Source: Eledone cirrhosa (lineage: Eukaryota). Taken from it: DNA of 64,000 nt. Under the pieces are notes generated by a model. That model ran no database searches, was not told where the DNA came from, and worked only from the letters and a program-made list of their open reading frames with translations. Location: positions 283,216,001-283,280,000 of the forward strand of contig OZ024740.1 of NCBI GenBank assembly GCA_964016885.1, read 5' to 3'. Made by a program: the position numbers and the translations under genes. This document shows positions 28,266 to 42,673 of the stretch, piece after piece (position 1 is the stretch's first letter; every line of letters starts with the position of its first letter).

Positions 28266-29816
28266 ATGCTTAATGTTTAATATTATTTCCTCGGTGGATT
28301 GGCAGTATCGGTAGAGGGTCGGACGCCATGCTTTCCAGTATAGTTACGTCCCTTTACGATCTGAGTTCAAATCCCGCCGAGGTTGACTTTGCCTTTCATC
28401 CTTACGGGGTCGATAAAATAAAGTACCAGTAATGCACTGGGTAATTGCTGGCCTTGTGCCTAAAGTAGAAACAATTATTTCCTTTATGAATTTAAATTTG
28501 TATTTGTTATTACAGAATGGTTCAAGGCTGTTGTTGATGTTGTTAAGTCTAAGAAAATTACGTACTGTATCTATATATAAATATAATCCGTATATTTATG
28601 TCTAGATCTTCTTAAGTATATTTAGTGAAATATTGTATGTAAATACGCATGTCTTCATGAACCAGATGTGCATTGAATATATTGATGAATATGCTTGTTC
28701 GTATAAATATATATCTAGAAATCCATTAACACTTCCCTTACAATATTTCTAATGAATGTCATTTAAAATTATTTTGAAAATATAGAATTTGACTGGACTT
28801 ACTACTATAACTAACTTCCTCAATATGAAGCATAAACAAACACAGTTTTCCTTCCTCCTTCAAACGTATTTTCCTACCGATAACTTTTCAACACACTGAC
28901 TTCGTTTTCAAATCTTTACTTTTGAAGAGAACTGAGTAATAGGAACACCTGCTTTCGCTCCCATCCAACATTTTCTAGTTTTCTTTCTTTTCTTACACTC
29001 ATCTCTCTTCATATTTCTTCCCGTTTCCAAACATCCTCTATTTCCTTTTATTTTTCGATGAAGGACTAACGCCCAAAATGTTGACACGAAGCATTAAAAT
29101 AATATGCAAAAATTATGATATATTAGTTTAACACCTGGGACATATTAGTTTCAAGGTTTTCAGTTTCCGTCTGTTAAATTACACTCACAAGACATTGGCA
29201 ATGTCAAGGCTGTCGTTAAAGAAATGTGCGCATGGTGCCATGCAGTGGTTGTGATCCCGGAGCGAAATCTTTTTTTCATATAGCTATAGCTACGCCTATG
29301 TTTATCTATTTGCATATATAAAGTTTAACCCTTTCGATACCAAGCCATCAAAAACCTCTCATAATTCTACAATACATAACTTTATTTTGAAGTGTTTATA
29401 TTTATGTAAAATCCTTCTATCATAATTAAAAACTGTTTTCAAACACCCGCTTCATATTGAGGAAGTTAGTTATAGTAGTAAGTCCAGCCAAATTCTATAT
29501 TTTCAAAATAAGTTTAAATGTCATTCATTAGAAATATTGTAAGGGAAGTGTTAATGGATTTGTAGATATATATTTATATGAACAAGTATATTCATCGATA
29601 TATTCAATGCACATCTGGTTCATGAAGACATGCGTATTTACATACACAATTTCACTAAATATACTTAAGAAGATCTAGATATAAATATACGGATTATATT
29701 TATATATAGATACAGTACGTAATTTTCTTAGACTTAACAACATCAACAACAGCCAAGAACCATTCTGTAATAATAAATACAACTTTAAATTCATGAAGGA
29801 AATAACATTAAGCATT
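28266..29816. repeat. ~370-bp inverted repeat pair with ~620-bp spacer; left arm interrupted by a SINE
   Basis: 28477-28830 (plus 28266-28279) is the reverse complement of 29449-29816. Confidence 0.85.
28293..28476 (+). mobile_element. tRNA-derived SINE (reference copy) with Nin/Deu-like central domain
   Basis: A box tggcagtatcgg, B box gagttcaaatcc, central gcctttcatccttacggggtcgataaaataaagtacc, TSD attatttcct. Confidence 0.9.
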
Positions 29817-30699
29817 CAGAAATTGTTTTCCCATACTGTTGAGGATATTTTTAAACTGATATTTTTAAAATATTTTACTTGAGGTTGAATTTTGTTTGTG
29901 CTTTAAGATTGTTCATTCATCTACTGTGTTGTTACTTTCGTTCTTTATTTATATGAAGCAATTTTGTTTTTCAAACTTTTTTTTCTCATTTTAAAATAGC
30001 TTTGGGTGAATATTGATAATATCAACAAGATTTAATGACAGATATTTGAAATATTATGAAAGCTAGTAAACAATATCTAAAGAATGAAAGAAAGAAAGCG
30101 AGAAAAAGAGGGTGAGAGTCGAGGAAGAAGAGGGGAGATAAGGAGGAGGTGGAACAAAAGGTGGATAAAAGAGAAGAGGAAAACTGTAAAACGAAACGTT
30201 TTGGAAGACAGAATAAAAGGCAAAGAAAATGGATGTGTTGAAATTTTAAGTGTATTATATATTTACCACATAACATATTTTGGATTGGTGTAAAGATATG
30301 CAGAATTTCTTTGCTGTATTTGAATGAATATTATTTACTGAGAATTCACAGCATTCTTCTATACAATGTGATTTGAATACTCAATAAATAGTATCACTCA
30401 AATACAGGATAGAGATTCTGAATATCTTTTATGTCCAGCCAAAATATTTCAATGGAATCACTTATGTTTTTTCAGGAATCTAACGTGTTGGACAAACAAG
30501 AGAGAATGTATTCACTGGATAGGACGCAAGTGTTTTATAGCTTATCTTCTCATATGGGAATAATTGCACATTGCAGATAATTTAACTGAGGGGAGTAAAA
30601 TGAATAGCTGAATGATTCTATTCCATTGTCCTTGACTTGTATATCATTGTATTAATTAGACTACTTGTGCTGCTTTAACTAGATTATGTAGATAGATAA

Positions 30700-30734
30700 A
30701 TTTCTTTATTAGCCACAAGGGCACAAAAGAAGGG

Positions 30735-30735
<1 letters not shown>
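30700..30735 (-). mobile_element. ~36-bp extreme 3' end of a Tx1-like LINE in (GATA)n
   Basis: Reverse complement ..tgtgcccttgtggctaataaagaaa, like the other Tx1 3' ends. Confidence 0.8.
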
Positions 30736-30814
<79 letters not shown>

Positions 30815-30815
30815 T

Positions 30816-31327
30816 ATTTCTTTTATTTGCCACTAGGGCATCAAAAGTGGGACAAGTACAAAGGGGGGAGTTTACACAAAAAGGCGTCCTCAATAAGGAG
30901 GAGGCAATAACAAAATATAAAAATAAAATAAGATATAACAAAAAATAAAATTTTTAACAAAATCCTCAATAGAGAGGAGGCGCCTTGGGGGGTCGCACAC
31001 ACCCCCGAAAAAAGTGTGCAACCCTTCTCCTCAGGAGCACAGAGAAGGGGTGCTCCCTTGGTCTTTCATCTTCCTCACCTATAGTCTGATGTAGAGTGAA
31101 GGCCCATTCACACGGGCCATTCTCGCCACTTTCACCCATCTTTCATAGAAACGGCTGGGGTGCAGCACCTCTCTCTCCATCCTGATCCTTCTTCCGAAAT
31201 GATATCGGAAGAAACGGACCAGTTGTTGGCCAGAGAGAAAGGTGCCCGACCTCAGTCCTTTCAGACGCGTCCACCATACAACCTCTTTCGCCATGGCTAT
31301 TACGCACAGAAACACCGCCTCTGCTTC

Positions 31328-31328
<1 letters not shown>
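30816..31328 (-). mobile_element. 5'-truncated Tx1-like LINE inserted in (GATA)n
   Basis: EAVFLCVIAMAKEVVWWTRLKGL..RMARVNGPSL matches the ORF2 C-terminus; GATA arrays at 30735-30812 and 31328-31407. Confidence 0.92.
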
Positions 31329-31407
<79 letters not shown>

Positions 31408-31650
31408 TCACTAACCAAGAGATTAAATTTTCGTTTAACAGGTAAGTGATGCACTTAACCAACGATTACATCGGGTATACTATTGATTTCTAGTATTACG
31501 GTGTTGAAAATTAGGAGATTTATACCTAACTTCTTTTCTTTTTAGTCTTAGGCGTAATAGTCTTTCTTTGTTAATTAAAGGCTCCCATTTGTTGTCCTTA
31601 AATATGCTAGACTTATTGAGGAAACTATCAGAGCTATTCCTTGTGTATTA

Positions 31651-31837
31651 TAATTGTTTATACTTTTGGCACAAGGCCAGCAATTACCCAGTACATTACT
31701 GGTACTTTATTTTATCGACCCCGAAAGGATGAAAGGCAAAGTTAACCTCGGCGGGATTTGAACTCAGATCATAAAGGGCCGTAACTCTATGCTGAAAAGC
31801 ATGGTGTCCGACCCTCTACCGATACTGCCAATCCACC
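31651..31837 (-). mobile_element. tRNA-derived SINE
   Basis: Matches the SINE family. Confidence 0.9.
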
Positions 31838-32436
31838 ACGTATTATAATGACAGCATTTCGTCTCAGAAATTCATATGTAAATATGATTTTACTAATCAA
31901 CAAAAACAAATCATAATCTATACAATAATTAAAACATTTGCCACTTAAGAGTACACCACTTTTACTCATATACAAATATCATCGCTTGTAAGCTGCACTA
32001 TATTTTTAAAAATCATATACCACTGAAATAGACATCATTCATTTATTTTCGCATAAAACGTAGAAACTTCTTCAAAGTTGATAATAAACAATTTCAGAGG
32101 TTTCATTTTTATTTATAATAATACTAAAGTGAGAATACTACCATTGTACATGCGCCGTTTCCGACGACTTGTGCCCCTGTTGATTCAATCTTTGGAGCTG
32201 CCCCCTCGTGAACTTCAAAGGTAGCTGAGAGTTTTATAGACACGTCCACCCTTAACGTAGTTCTCAGGGAGATTTAGTGAAAATACAATGTGTGACAGCT
32301 CATTTTTGCCACCTGAGTGGACTGGAATCGAACTCAGAAGCTTATGCTCGTGAGCCGGTCCCCCCAATCACTAAGTCACGTGCCTTCATACATTAAATAA
32401 GTACAATGTATGTTTTTATAATTAGTACATGTAGGC

Positions 32437-32650
32437 TGTGGATTGACAGTATCGGTAGAGAGTCGGACACTATGCTTTGCAGCATAGAGTTACAGTCCGT
32501 TACTGTTTGAGTTCAAATCTCGCCGAGGTTAACTTTGCCTTACATCCTTATGGGATCGATAAAATAAAGCACCAGTAACGTACTGGTGTCGATTTAATCG
32601 ACTTCACCCTCCCCACAAATTACTGGCCTTGTGCCTATACTAGAAATCAT
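32437..32650 (+). mobile_element. tRNA-derived SINE, longer variant
   Basis: Same head and core plus an extra gtcgatttaatcgacttcaccctcccc segment before the tail. Confidence 0.85.
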
Positions 32651-34686
32651 TATAATTTGTACATGTACTATATAGCTTAATGTAAACAAGTTTTGTTCTA
32701 CATATATTCGATATTTTAATCATAGTTAATACATTCCAGCAGTATATGTAATATACAAATTACTATAGTTTTACGTGCACTATTAGAGTAATATGTTAAT
32801 AGTGAAGACAGTAAAATACTTTGCGTTATACATTCTCAAGGAAAACGTTTCGTTCCCACGCTTAAGAAGAGCATAGGATAAAAAAAGGAATTTTGCTATT
32901 TTATACTACTAATCTTGTGAGCAGAGTTGCCTTAAGGAGAGGAATTATATGATAATACAATCAATTCTGCAACATAATAAATTATGTAACAATACATCTT
33001 TATATGAGAAATATGTGCTTTATAGTCACAGCCAACAGTTTGGCGAATGCGTTTCTCTGTAGGATGGCGAAGAGGATAATCTGAAAGAGCCAATCCAAGT
33101 CTTAGGGTTCTTTCTTGTAGAAAGCCATCTCCTTCTAAACTGCAATGTTAGGAAGGTGGTTCGGGTACTCAGGATACTAGTTTCTTCCACCGCAATAGGT
33201 TAACTGATGAAAGTATGGGAAAGACACCAGTTCTTTGTCCACTTGGAATCTGTGGCTTGTAGTATTTATCTTATAATATGCTCCCTTTGTACACATACTA
33301 TATTATCTAATGTGATTTTCGATTGAAATTTCACCGTTATTTTTCGCAAGCCGAATTTACCATATACCTGTTCAACTGTTGGCTTAATATTGTTCTTGGA
33401 TTTGTATAAAGAAATTAGGAGAGATAGGAAACATATAACTACCTATCCACATAAACATTTAATCGGGAAACATTGCAATAAGGAAGAGGGTCCAATGATC
33501 AGTTTCCTCACCTATGATTATATTAAATATATCTTCAAGTCGAATGTATATATATATTGCTATTTTTCCTGTTCCAGTTGCTTGAATGAAGGAGAGAAGG
33601 CATCGATATATCAAAATGGAAGTCAATGGTAAATGTCATAGGATCAGTGAATTTGCTATAGTGCCAGTTTCATTTAAATTCCAGCGGTCACCCTCCGGGG
33701 AAACGCCTTCTCCATTCTGTCCGCCGGGGCTGTGGGGAGGCAGCACGTGGGACCCCATTTGCTCACCATACGGAGAGATGGGGACGGCGAGAGAGATGGA
33801 GGCGATGACATTGGGAATTCTGCTCTTCCACGTTCGGACCATATCCTTGTTGTTGCGTACTTTGACAATACCTTTATTTTAACAAGTGACAGGAGGACAG
33901 ACAACTCATTTAGTTTGGGAACACATCATAGAGTACTATATTCCCTGCTTCGGCCATCTGAACTCTTGACCAGTCCATTAACACAATTGAGATACACACA
34001 CATATTTGTTAATTTCACTACTGTTGCATATATAGCTCCGGTATTAATAAAATGCTTTATCGATGTGGGGCAGCTTTCAGACTTCATGATCGTCAGTCGA
34101 CTATGATTTACATCATCGATAATGTATTTTAATATTTATATTCCTGTTTTCAAACCGGCGTCTTTTTGAAGTACGTTAACAAATTTACTGGTTTGTTTCC
34201 CGTGGTTAATTCGTTCATGTATAGATACTATTTCTTCAGGATATCACACAGAGTAGCCTGCAAATCACAATTTTAGCTGAGTTAACAGTTCAGTTAACTT
34301 TGGCAGATATTCATAAAGTTCTATATTGGTTGTGTAACTCTTCTAAGTCATGTTAAAAACTATCTGTTAAACATAATCTGATATGTTACAGCTACGTATA
34401 TGATCGAGCTAGTTTGCGATAAAAGGTAATATCCATTAAGTTCGAACAGACTATAATGAAATACTGAACTTGGAATCAAACAATTCTGTTAAGGTTTACT
34501 CTTTTATGCGTTTGTCATCTTTCTCATCTTTTAATGTTATCTACTATATTGGAAATCGAGATACGACAATAAATTATATGTGAGAACATATATTGAAATA
34601 CTCAACATCATAGAAAATTTAACAAATCATTCTTAAATAAGCTAAATGCACCGTACGTCTGTCTATATAAATATGAAATATCTCTC

Positions 34687-34737
<51 letters not shown>

Positions 34738-34797
34738 TCTCTCTCTCTCTCTCCCTCTCTCTCTCCCTTACACACACTAACACATATGTCTCTCTCA

Positions 34798-34834
<37 letters not shown>

Positions 34835-34890
34835 AATATACATGCATACATACATACATACATACATACATACATACATACATACATACA

Positions 34891-34923
<33 letters not shown>

Positions 34924-35493
34924 GAGAAAAACCACAACCCTCCATCTCAATTCTACTTTTGAAAAGCAGAAGAACTGGGAAACCAGTAAAGGAACCAAAT
35001 AAATATATATTTTTATTAAAAAAAAACTCCAGTTGCATTTTCGCTTTCATCTTTTTTCCCTATATATATATATATATATATATATAAGAGCCCACTTGCA
35101 TGGATATCTATGGATTATATGCAAGCTTCTACATAACTTGGACATTATTTTCCCACCTTGTAGAAATCTTATAACGAAACGATCGTATGGAAAGACAGAT
35201 TTATTTAATTATGTCTCATATAAAATAATACAGTCAGTTATCCACGAAATACAATATAGTTAGCACAACAAAGGTATAATTGGGTTATACTCAGGTATAT
35301 CCTAATGTTTGTTGAGTGAGATGGGAGTTGGTCGGAGTATCGCTAAAAGCTTTCTCTGTTAATGTATTAAGTAGAAGTTATATTTAATTTATTAGGATTC
35401 CAACAAACTTAAAAGTTTATAACTGATATGCCCTTAAAATATATATAATAAAATTATTATGGTTTTATAAATATAGTTTCCATTTATTAATAT

Positions 35494-35603
<110 letters not shown>

Positions 35604-36419
35604 ATACATACATACGTATATATTGATATTTATTACACTAACTATATTGTCATGTTAGGTACACATGTTTTATTGCCTGCCTATTTCAGATATTTCTGAG
35701 CGAGTTCCAAAGAGTGAAGAAGACAGATTGAGGAACATAGAGAATGAATGAAAATAGATATACAGGGTAGTGAAGGTAGGTAAGGGAAATAAATTAGTGA
35801 TTGGGAATAGTCCGTGAGAGAATTCTGAGAAAACAAACGGAGCGAACTTTTGTAGGACTCAACTAGAGTTGGCAGGTAAAATTAAAGGAATTGGCCAAGA
35901 TTGTCCACGTGGAAGTGGATGTGTAGTATCGGTGGTCGGGGACTGGGTTCCGCGATATTAGTATTAGTAACCAAGGTAGCTTAGATTTTCCAGTTCCCCA
36001 ATACGTTTGAAGGAAATTATGCAATATGCATATTTATACACACACATACACGCACACACACACACACACACACACTCACACATACACACACACACACGTA
36101 CATATACGCACAAGTAAAGAAACATACATATGTATATACATAGACACATGTACAAACTCATATGTAATATATTATTCACCGTTAAATAATTTACTATTTG
36201 TATAACACTATAACAATATAACAGGAGAAATTCAACATGAATATTTTAAGTTAAAGATTCATTGTTACGATATAGTTTATGTGGACTTATTATAACTGTA
36301 TAATCAACGGCCATCTAAATAAATATTTGTGATTTAGAATTAAGAATACTCAGTACATTCGTTTAAATGTAATAAATAAATGCAATTTGGAGTAAGTGAA
36401 ACAATGAAGTTGATTTAAA

Positions 36420-37400
36420 GGTTAGTTCTCAGCGTATCCTTTTCTGCTTTCACCTCCTTGACTAGAAAACGATTGAGCAGTATTCTGGCTAAGATCATTT
36501 TCCCGGGGACATAGATTCTGAAAATGCTGCGATCTCCCTTATTATTGGTAAGCGTGTTATTTAGATCTGAAGGTACTATTTGAGTTTCCCGTATGTTGGG
36601 TGGGTTCAACATCCATAGTTGAGGTAGAGGCTGAGGAAGTGTTCTAAGAAAACTTTCTGCTGCCGTTACGTTTTTATTTATGAAAATACTGAGGTGGACC
36701 TTCCAGTGGCCCAGGATGTACCTAAAAATGTTGGCGTTGTCGGTGGTCTTCAAAATACCTGTTGAAGCTGGCATTGGAACCTAGAGTCATTTGGTACATG
36801 CACAGAAATATCTAACGTTCTTGGCGTCTGCATATTGTTGAAGTCTTCCCTTTTAACATACCGTCTGGGTTCTTGAAATCGTTTCATGTTTGAATTTGGG
36901 TTTTGTTCGAGGAGTTGGCAGGTATCGCTTTTGAGATTTCTTCGGTGTTTTCTTAAAAGATCCAATTCTTCTGGTTATTTTTCTTGAAGACAATGGAGTT
37001 CTCTGCTCCTTCTTAGACGATGTTTCTGATTGTTGTACACTCTTCATTACCGTCTTTTGTGTTGGGGGGATTGTTTGCCTTTTGGAACCGAACCTAAGTG
37101 TTGTTAATGAAAATGTCATGACGATCCCAGAGGCCGAGTTGTAACGTAGAAGTTTCCGATAATTTCTTTTCCCATGATGTTCTCTCACAGAATGCAGCTA
37201 TTTCCAACTGTGATACTGAAATCGCCAAGCAAGATAAATTTGCCTTTAGATGGTACTTGTAAAATGTGTTCTTATTGTTTACATAGGCGCCAAGTGTATA
37301 TGCAGAGGCGAAGATGAAAATAGTGAAGCTATCTCCAGAGTCCAGAGAGTGAGAGACGAAGAATAGTGAGTTATTCATTGGTGGATTTTGGGGTCAGTTG
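36420..37400 (-). pseudogene. Highly degenerate non-LTR (RTE-like) retrotransposon fragment
   Basis: Remnant NKGDRS..PGKMILARILLNR resembles the RT domain start. Confidence 0.45.
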
Positions 37401-37732
37401 ATATTCCTTCACCCCCGTTGTCTTCACAGCAAAATCAACTTCAAGAGAACGTCGTTCTTCGACTTACCTTCCTTTTCAAAAGATCGTGTAACATGCACCA
37501 CATTCTTTTATTCTGCTTTATAATAGATTTATCTCACTCTAGGCATCAACAATGATGTTGAGTCTAGCCAGTTCTGAGACGCTAGGGCTATAGTTCTCTC
37601 AGCAGGGCTGCCGTTTTCTTTGCATCGAGCAATTTTCAATCTAAACTATAATAAAGTAAGGTCTGCGGGACTGCGTACGGTTTATTTCTTTTAATCCAGT
37701 TAGTAAAATAAGTTGGATTACTTTGAATAAAT

Positions 37733-37918
37733 AATTGTTTCTACTTTAGGCACAAGGCCAGCAATTACCCAGTGCATTACTGGTACTTTATTTTATCGAC
37801 CCCGTAAGGATGAAAGGTAAAGTCAACCGCGGCGGGATTTGAACTCAGATCGTAAAGGGACGTAACTATACTGGAAAGCATGGCGTCCGACCCTCTACCG
37901 ATACTGCCAATCCACCAC
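37733..37918 (-). mobile_element. tRNA-derived SINE with 16-bp TSD
   Basis: actttgaataaataat at 37720-37735 and 37921-37936; uninterrupted paralogous site at ~25400. Confidence 0.92.
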
Positions 37919-38423
37919 CCACTTTGAATAAATAATGAATGAATATTACATAATTTATGTACGAAATTTCGTAACTAAGTTTCGTAAACATTAATAATTT
38001 AAAAGTGACTTCTTTTCAAAGTTTCATTCACATTTCTACACTTCCGGTATATCGTCTCCACCACCACCACTTCAACTACCATATATATATAGAAAGAGAG
38101 AGTGTGTGATGAGTGAGATAGAGAGATGATGATTTTCTACACGCTGACGGGTATGAGTGTGCACATACATCTATATCTATGAGTATATAACTATTATGAG
38201 TATGTAATTATAATCGCGCAAACACAAACTTGTAAAAATAGACGCTCACGGACATACATTCACCCAAACATACATTCACACATATACATTTACACAAACA
38301 CATACATACAGTCATGATAGCAGCGTTCGGTGAATTGGAAATGGGAGGGTAAAACAAGTAGAACGTTTTATTCATTTATTAACTCTTTATTTATTTATTA
38401 ACACTTTTTTTTTAAACTCATTT

Positions 38424-39452
38424 AATTGTTTCTACTTTTGGCACCAGGCCAGCAATTATCCCAGTGCATTACAGGTACTTTATTTTATCAACCCCGTAAG
38501 GACGAAAGGCAAAGTTAACCTCGGCGGGATTTGAACTCAGATCATAGAGGGAGGTAACTCTATGCTTCAAAACATGGCGCCCGACCCTCTACCGATACTG
38601 CCAATCCACATTTAATATAATGGTTACAGAACGAAAACACGAACAAATTTAATTATTTCTACTTTTGGCACAAGGCGAGCAATTATCACAGTGTATTACA
38701 GGTACTTTATTTTATCGACCCCGTAAGGATGAAAGGCAAAGTTAACCTCGACGGGATTCGAACTCAGATCATAAAGGGAGGTAACTCTATGCTTCAAAAC
38801 ATGGCGCCCGACCCTCTACCGATACTGCCAATCCACATTTAATATAATGTTTTCAGAACGAAAACACGAACAAATTTAATTGTTTCTACTTTTGGCACAA
38901 GGCGAGCAATTATCACAGTGTATTACTGGTACTTTATTTTATCGACCCCGTAAGGATGAAAGGCAAAGTTAACCTCGGTGGGATATGAACTCAGATCATA
39001 AAGGGACGTAACTCTATGCTGCAAAGCATGGCATTCGACCCTCTACTGATACTGCTAATCCACCACCCTTTTAATAATATTTTCTACTTTTGGCACAAGG
39101 CCAGCAATTATCCCAGTGCATTACTAGTAATTTAATTTATTGACCCCGTAAGGATGAAGGCAAAGTTAACCTCGACGGTATTTGAACTCAGATCATAAAG
39201 GGACGTAACTCTATGCTGCAAAGCATGGCATTCGACACTCTACTGATACTGCTAATCCACCACCCTTTTAATAATATTTTCTACTTTTGGCACAAGGCCA
39301 GAAATTATCCCAGTGCATTACTGGTAATTTAATTTATTGACCCCGTAAGGATGAAGGCAAAGTTAACCTCGATGGTATTTGAACTCAGACCGTAAAGGGA
39401 CGTAACTATGCTGGAAAGCATGGCGTCCGATACTCTACCGATACTGCCAATT
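38424..39452 (-). mobile_element. Five tandem SINE copies
   Basis: Copies start near 38424, 38650, 38878, 39075 and 39275, with shared spacers. Confidence 0.92.
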
Positions 39453-40229
39453 CAATATAATATATACAAAGGAAAGGGAAAGGAAAAAAAGAAAGAGAAA
39501 AAATACACATGCACGTAATATACACATCTTAGACTACATAGAACAAAATGTAGGCGAAAGAGTGGTAAAACGATCCGTTACCAGAGCAAAAGATAGCAAT
39601 ATAGCGAGGAGCACTGGTAAACCTCTCTAATAATTTTTGAGGCAGGCCAGCACGCTCGCAGCATACCTGGGGTGAGGGCGAGGCTGAGGTGCTGGAACAA
39701 CCAATTGCCCTCATAAACACCACCAGTTACCTCTGTTTGGCGAGCCGCCAGTGAAGATAAGAATCTCGCTCTCAGTAGCCTTACTCCCCCAAACGTTTGA
39801 ACTCCACGGGCTGGATAATGTAGTTAGCTGACAGAACACGGTATTTTAGGATTGTGTTCCGTTCAGCTGCGGATGCTGTAGCTCTCGACCTGACCACTGT
39901 ATCCAGGATGTGGGAAGAAGCAAAATAGTCACTAACTGTGACGTCCCAGGTAAGGCACCTGCCTCTTGACCAGGAGCACAGAGTAAGACCGTCAAGTCTT
40001 TACCCATTAATTCAGGACAACCCAGATGGTTCCAAAATTAAGGGGATTTTTGCCCGGACCAAAGCTCTTAAGTGGTAATAGGACAGTGTGTGTATGTGCG
40101 CGAGCGTGAGTTTGTCGGCGTTCTTAAGTCACTGTTTTTAAGTTAGACATATATATGTGTGTATCCCTTTCCTTCCTTTGACACACACATACATTCACAC
40201 AAACACACATACACATTGCGTGATGGACA

Positions 40230-40895
40230 TGTGGACAGAAGTCCCTCAAAGTTATATACATGTGAATGGAGTTCTACTGGAGCAGTTAGAGAAGTTCAAG
40301 TATCTTGGAGCCGTGTTCATGAGTGATGGAATGCAGGAGGCTTAATTAAGTGCAAGAATTGCAAAAGCTGATGCAGTAAAGCGCCAGCCTCAGCAATCAG
40401 AAGAAGTGGGTAGGTGTAAAAGCCAAACTCGCTGTCTTCCTGGTATTCCTGCCAACTCTTACCGAGGATCATGAATCTTAAGTAATGACCAAAAGAATAC
40501 AATTGCAATTAAAAGTGACAGAAATGGGATTCCTCCGAAGGGTCTTTGGAGTAACGTTACTCAATAGAGTGCATAGCTCAGAGACCAGAGAGTCACTCCT
40601 GGTAGAGCTGCTACTTCTCTGAATTGAGAGATCACAACTCCGATATTATGAGCATGTGGTTAGAATGTCTCAGTAAAGAATCACTGGACACATTTTACAG
40701 GCAAAACCAACCGGCAAGAGACCCAGAGGTAGATTCTGAGCAAGATAGTTGGATAACATCCATAAACTTGGCTGTCACGCTTTGGGATCCAGCTGGATCA
40801 GTTAGAGATGTTTGCTACTGACAGACTCGCTGGAAGGAGTGTTTGAGAAGGACTCTGCTCCCACGACCCTCTCAGAAATAAGTGGGCGAAGAAGA
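40230..40895 (+). pseudogene. RTE (Expander/Rex3-like) LINE 3' fragment
   Basis: LEQLEKFKYLG, EMGFLRRVFGVTLLNRV, IERSQLRYYEHVVRM, QAKPTGKRPRGR with stops. Confidence 0.8.
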
Positions 40896-40942
40896 GGATA
40901 TTGTCAATTTACTTTTCAATTTACATATATCTATATGCATAT

Positions 40943-41431
40943 AATAAATGTAACCTGAGTTTTTCGAATATTAATAATAACATTCGATTCGTTTGCAATT
41001 ATGCAAGCAAGCCTCAATTTTATAGCCATGTCAGTAGAATGAACACTTCATGCTTGTTCTTATGTAGGCATGCGAACATAACTGCAGACACTAATGTTTC
41101 TGGGTATCACCCTTCATCAATGCTAATATGCAAATCAGGCCGATCAGTCACTGTGTATTTTTGAAAATAGCATATTTTTTCACTACCTCTGAGAGTTTGG
41201 CAGGTGAACAGTGAGGTGTACTGATGAAGAGTGTTACCCAGAAACATTACTGTCTGCAGTTCTGTTAGCATGCCAACATAAGAACAAGAATAAAGTGTTC
41301 ATTCTACTGACATGGCTATAAAATTAAGGCTTGTTTGTATAATTGCAAACGAATCGAATGTTATTATTAATATTCGAAAAACTCAGATTACATTTATTGT
41401 ATTCAGCCATGTAGAGCGAAATTTTCTTTTT
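40943..41431 (+). mobile_element. Fold-back hammerhead element (family of 10462-10928)
   Basis: Arms 40943-41119 / 41222-41398, tail to 41431; hammerhead 41217-41258 (tgta-CTGATGA-agagtgttaccca-GAAA-cattactgtc-tgca). Confidence 0.82.
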
Positions 41432-42160
41432 CATATGCATATATATTTGCGTATAATACCAATATGCACACTACATAGTGGTCATAATATTAGGGCAATT
41501 CAGAAATATGTTATTTTAATCTCATTTACTGGGTGCGATGTGCCAGTGAGGTTTGAAGAGGCTTCCGATCTTTTGCCCACATTTTATTTGGCTACATTTG
41601 ATGTGGTCTGTGTTGTTCGTATATACTCCTTCTCAGATGAAGATGTACGACCGGATTACTGATCAGGTTGGGGTAACGGAATTACGCAATCAAACATATG
41701 CTGCCAACATGCAAAGCTTCAATATTCACTTAAGCCTGCCCCAGTTCTCCTTGAATTTTGTAAAGGAGGATGAAAGATAAGGAAAGTCATAGCTGTGGTT
41801 TGATTTCGATTAGGTACACTTTTCTTAATCCGCCTAGAACGGCTCCTCTCTTGATGGTGTTAGCTGAGACAGTTTTTCAACCAAGTCAGAAGTTCAGGTC
41901 ATTCGCCGAACAAGACTAGTTTCCTAGGTGTATTAGCACCTGTATCTGAGTAGAGGTAGTATATTGCGCGTCATTCAGTGAAAGATACTACAGCAACACA
42001 GTCTGTCGTATAATCATATATATATATATCCACTATGTAACGTATTGTGTACGCTCCGATATACAGATTCGTATTTACAACATACGATTTCTGTAAAATC
42101 ATCGAAGATGTGACCCTAAGCGATATCTAATTGTTTGGCTCGTTATAATTATTGTATATG

Positions 42161-42242
<82 letters not shown>

Positions 42243-42541
42243 TTGGGGGGGGGTATGGTATGCGGAAGTATTTATATACGAAAGAGTGAATGTTATTCAA
42301 TAGATTCTTTAATATTTGTCTATACATATACACCTAGGTATGATACACACACAGGTCTTGTGAGGTGCAGACATGATTGTGTGGATATACAGTTTACTTC
42401 GCAATTACGTGGTGTCAGATTAATTCCTACTCGGTGACATCTTTTGTACGTACCGTCTATAGCTTCGACTTGATTAATGCTTCAGGGAATAAATTTGATT
42501 AAGAGAAGACCGTCGAATATTTACATACACACACCCACACG

Positions 42542-42600
<59 letters not shown>

Positions 42601-42625
42601 CATATATGTTATGATATTTAAATTA

Positions 42626-42673
<48 letters not shown>

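Noticed and set aside
28293-28385. tRNA gene
   Set aside because: A and B boxes are present but it is the head of a multicopy SINE with tail and TSDs; no full cloverleaf.
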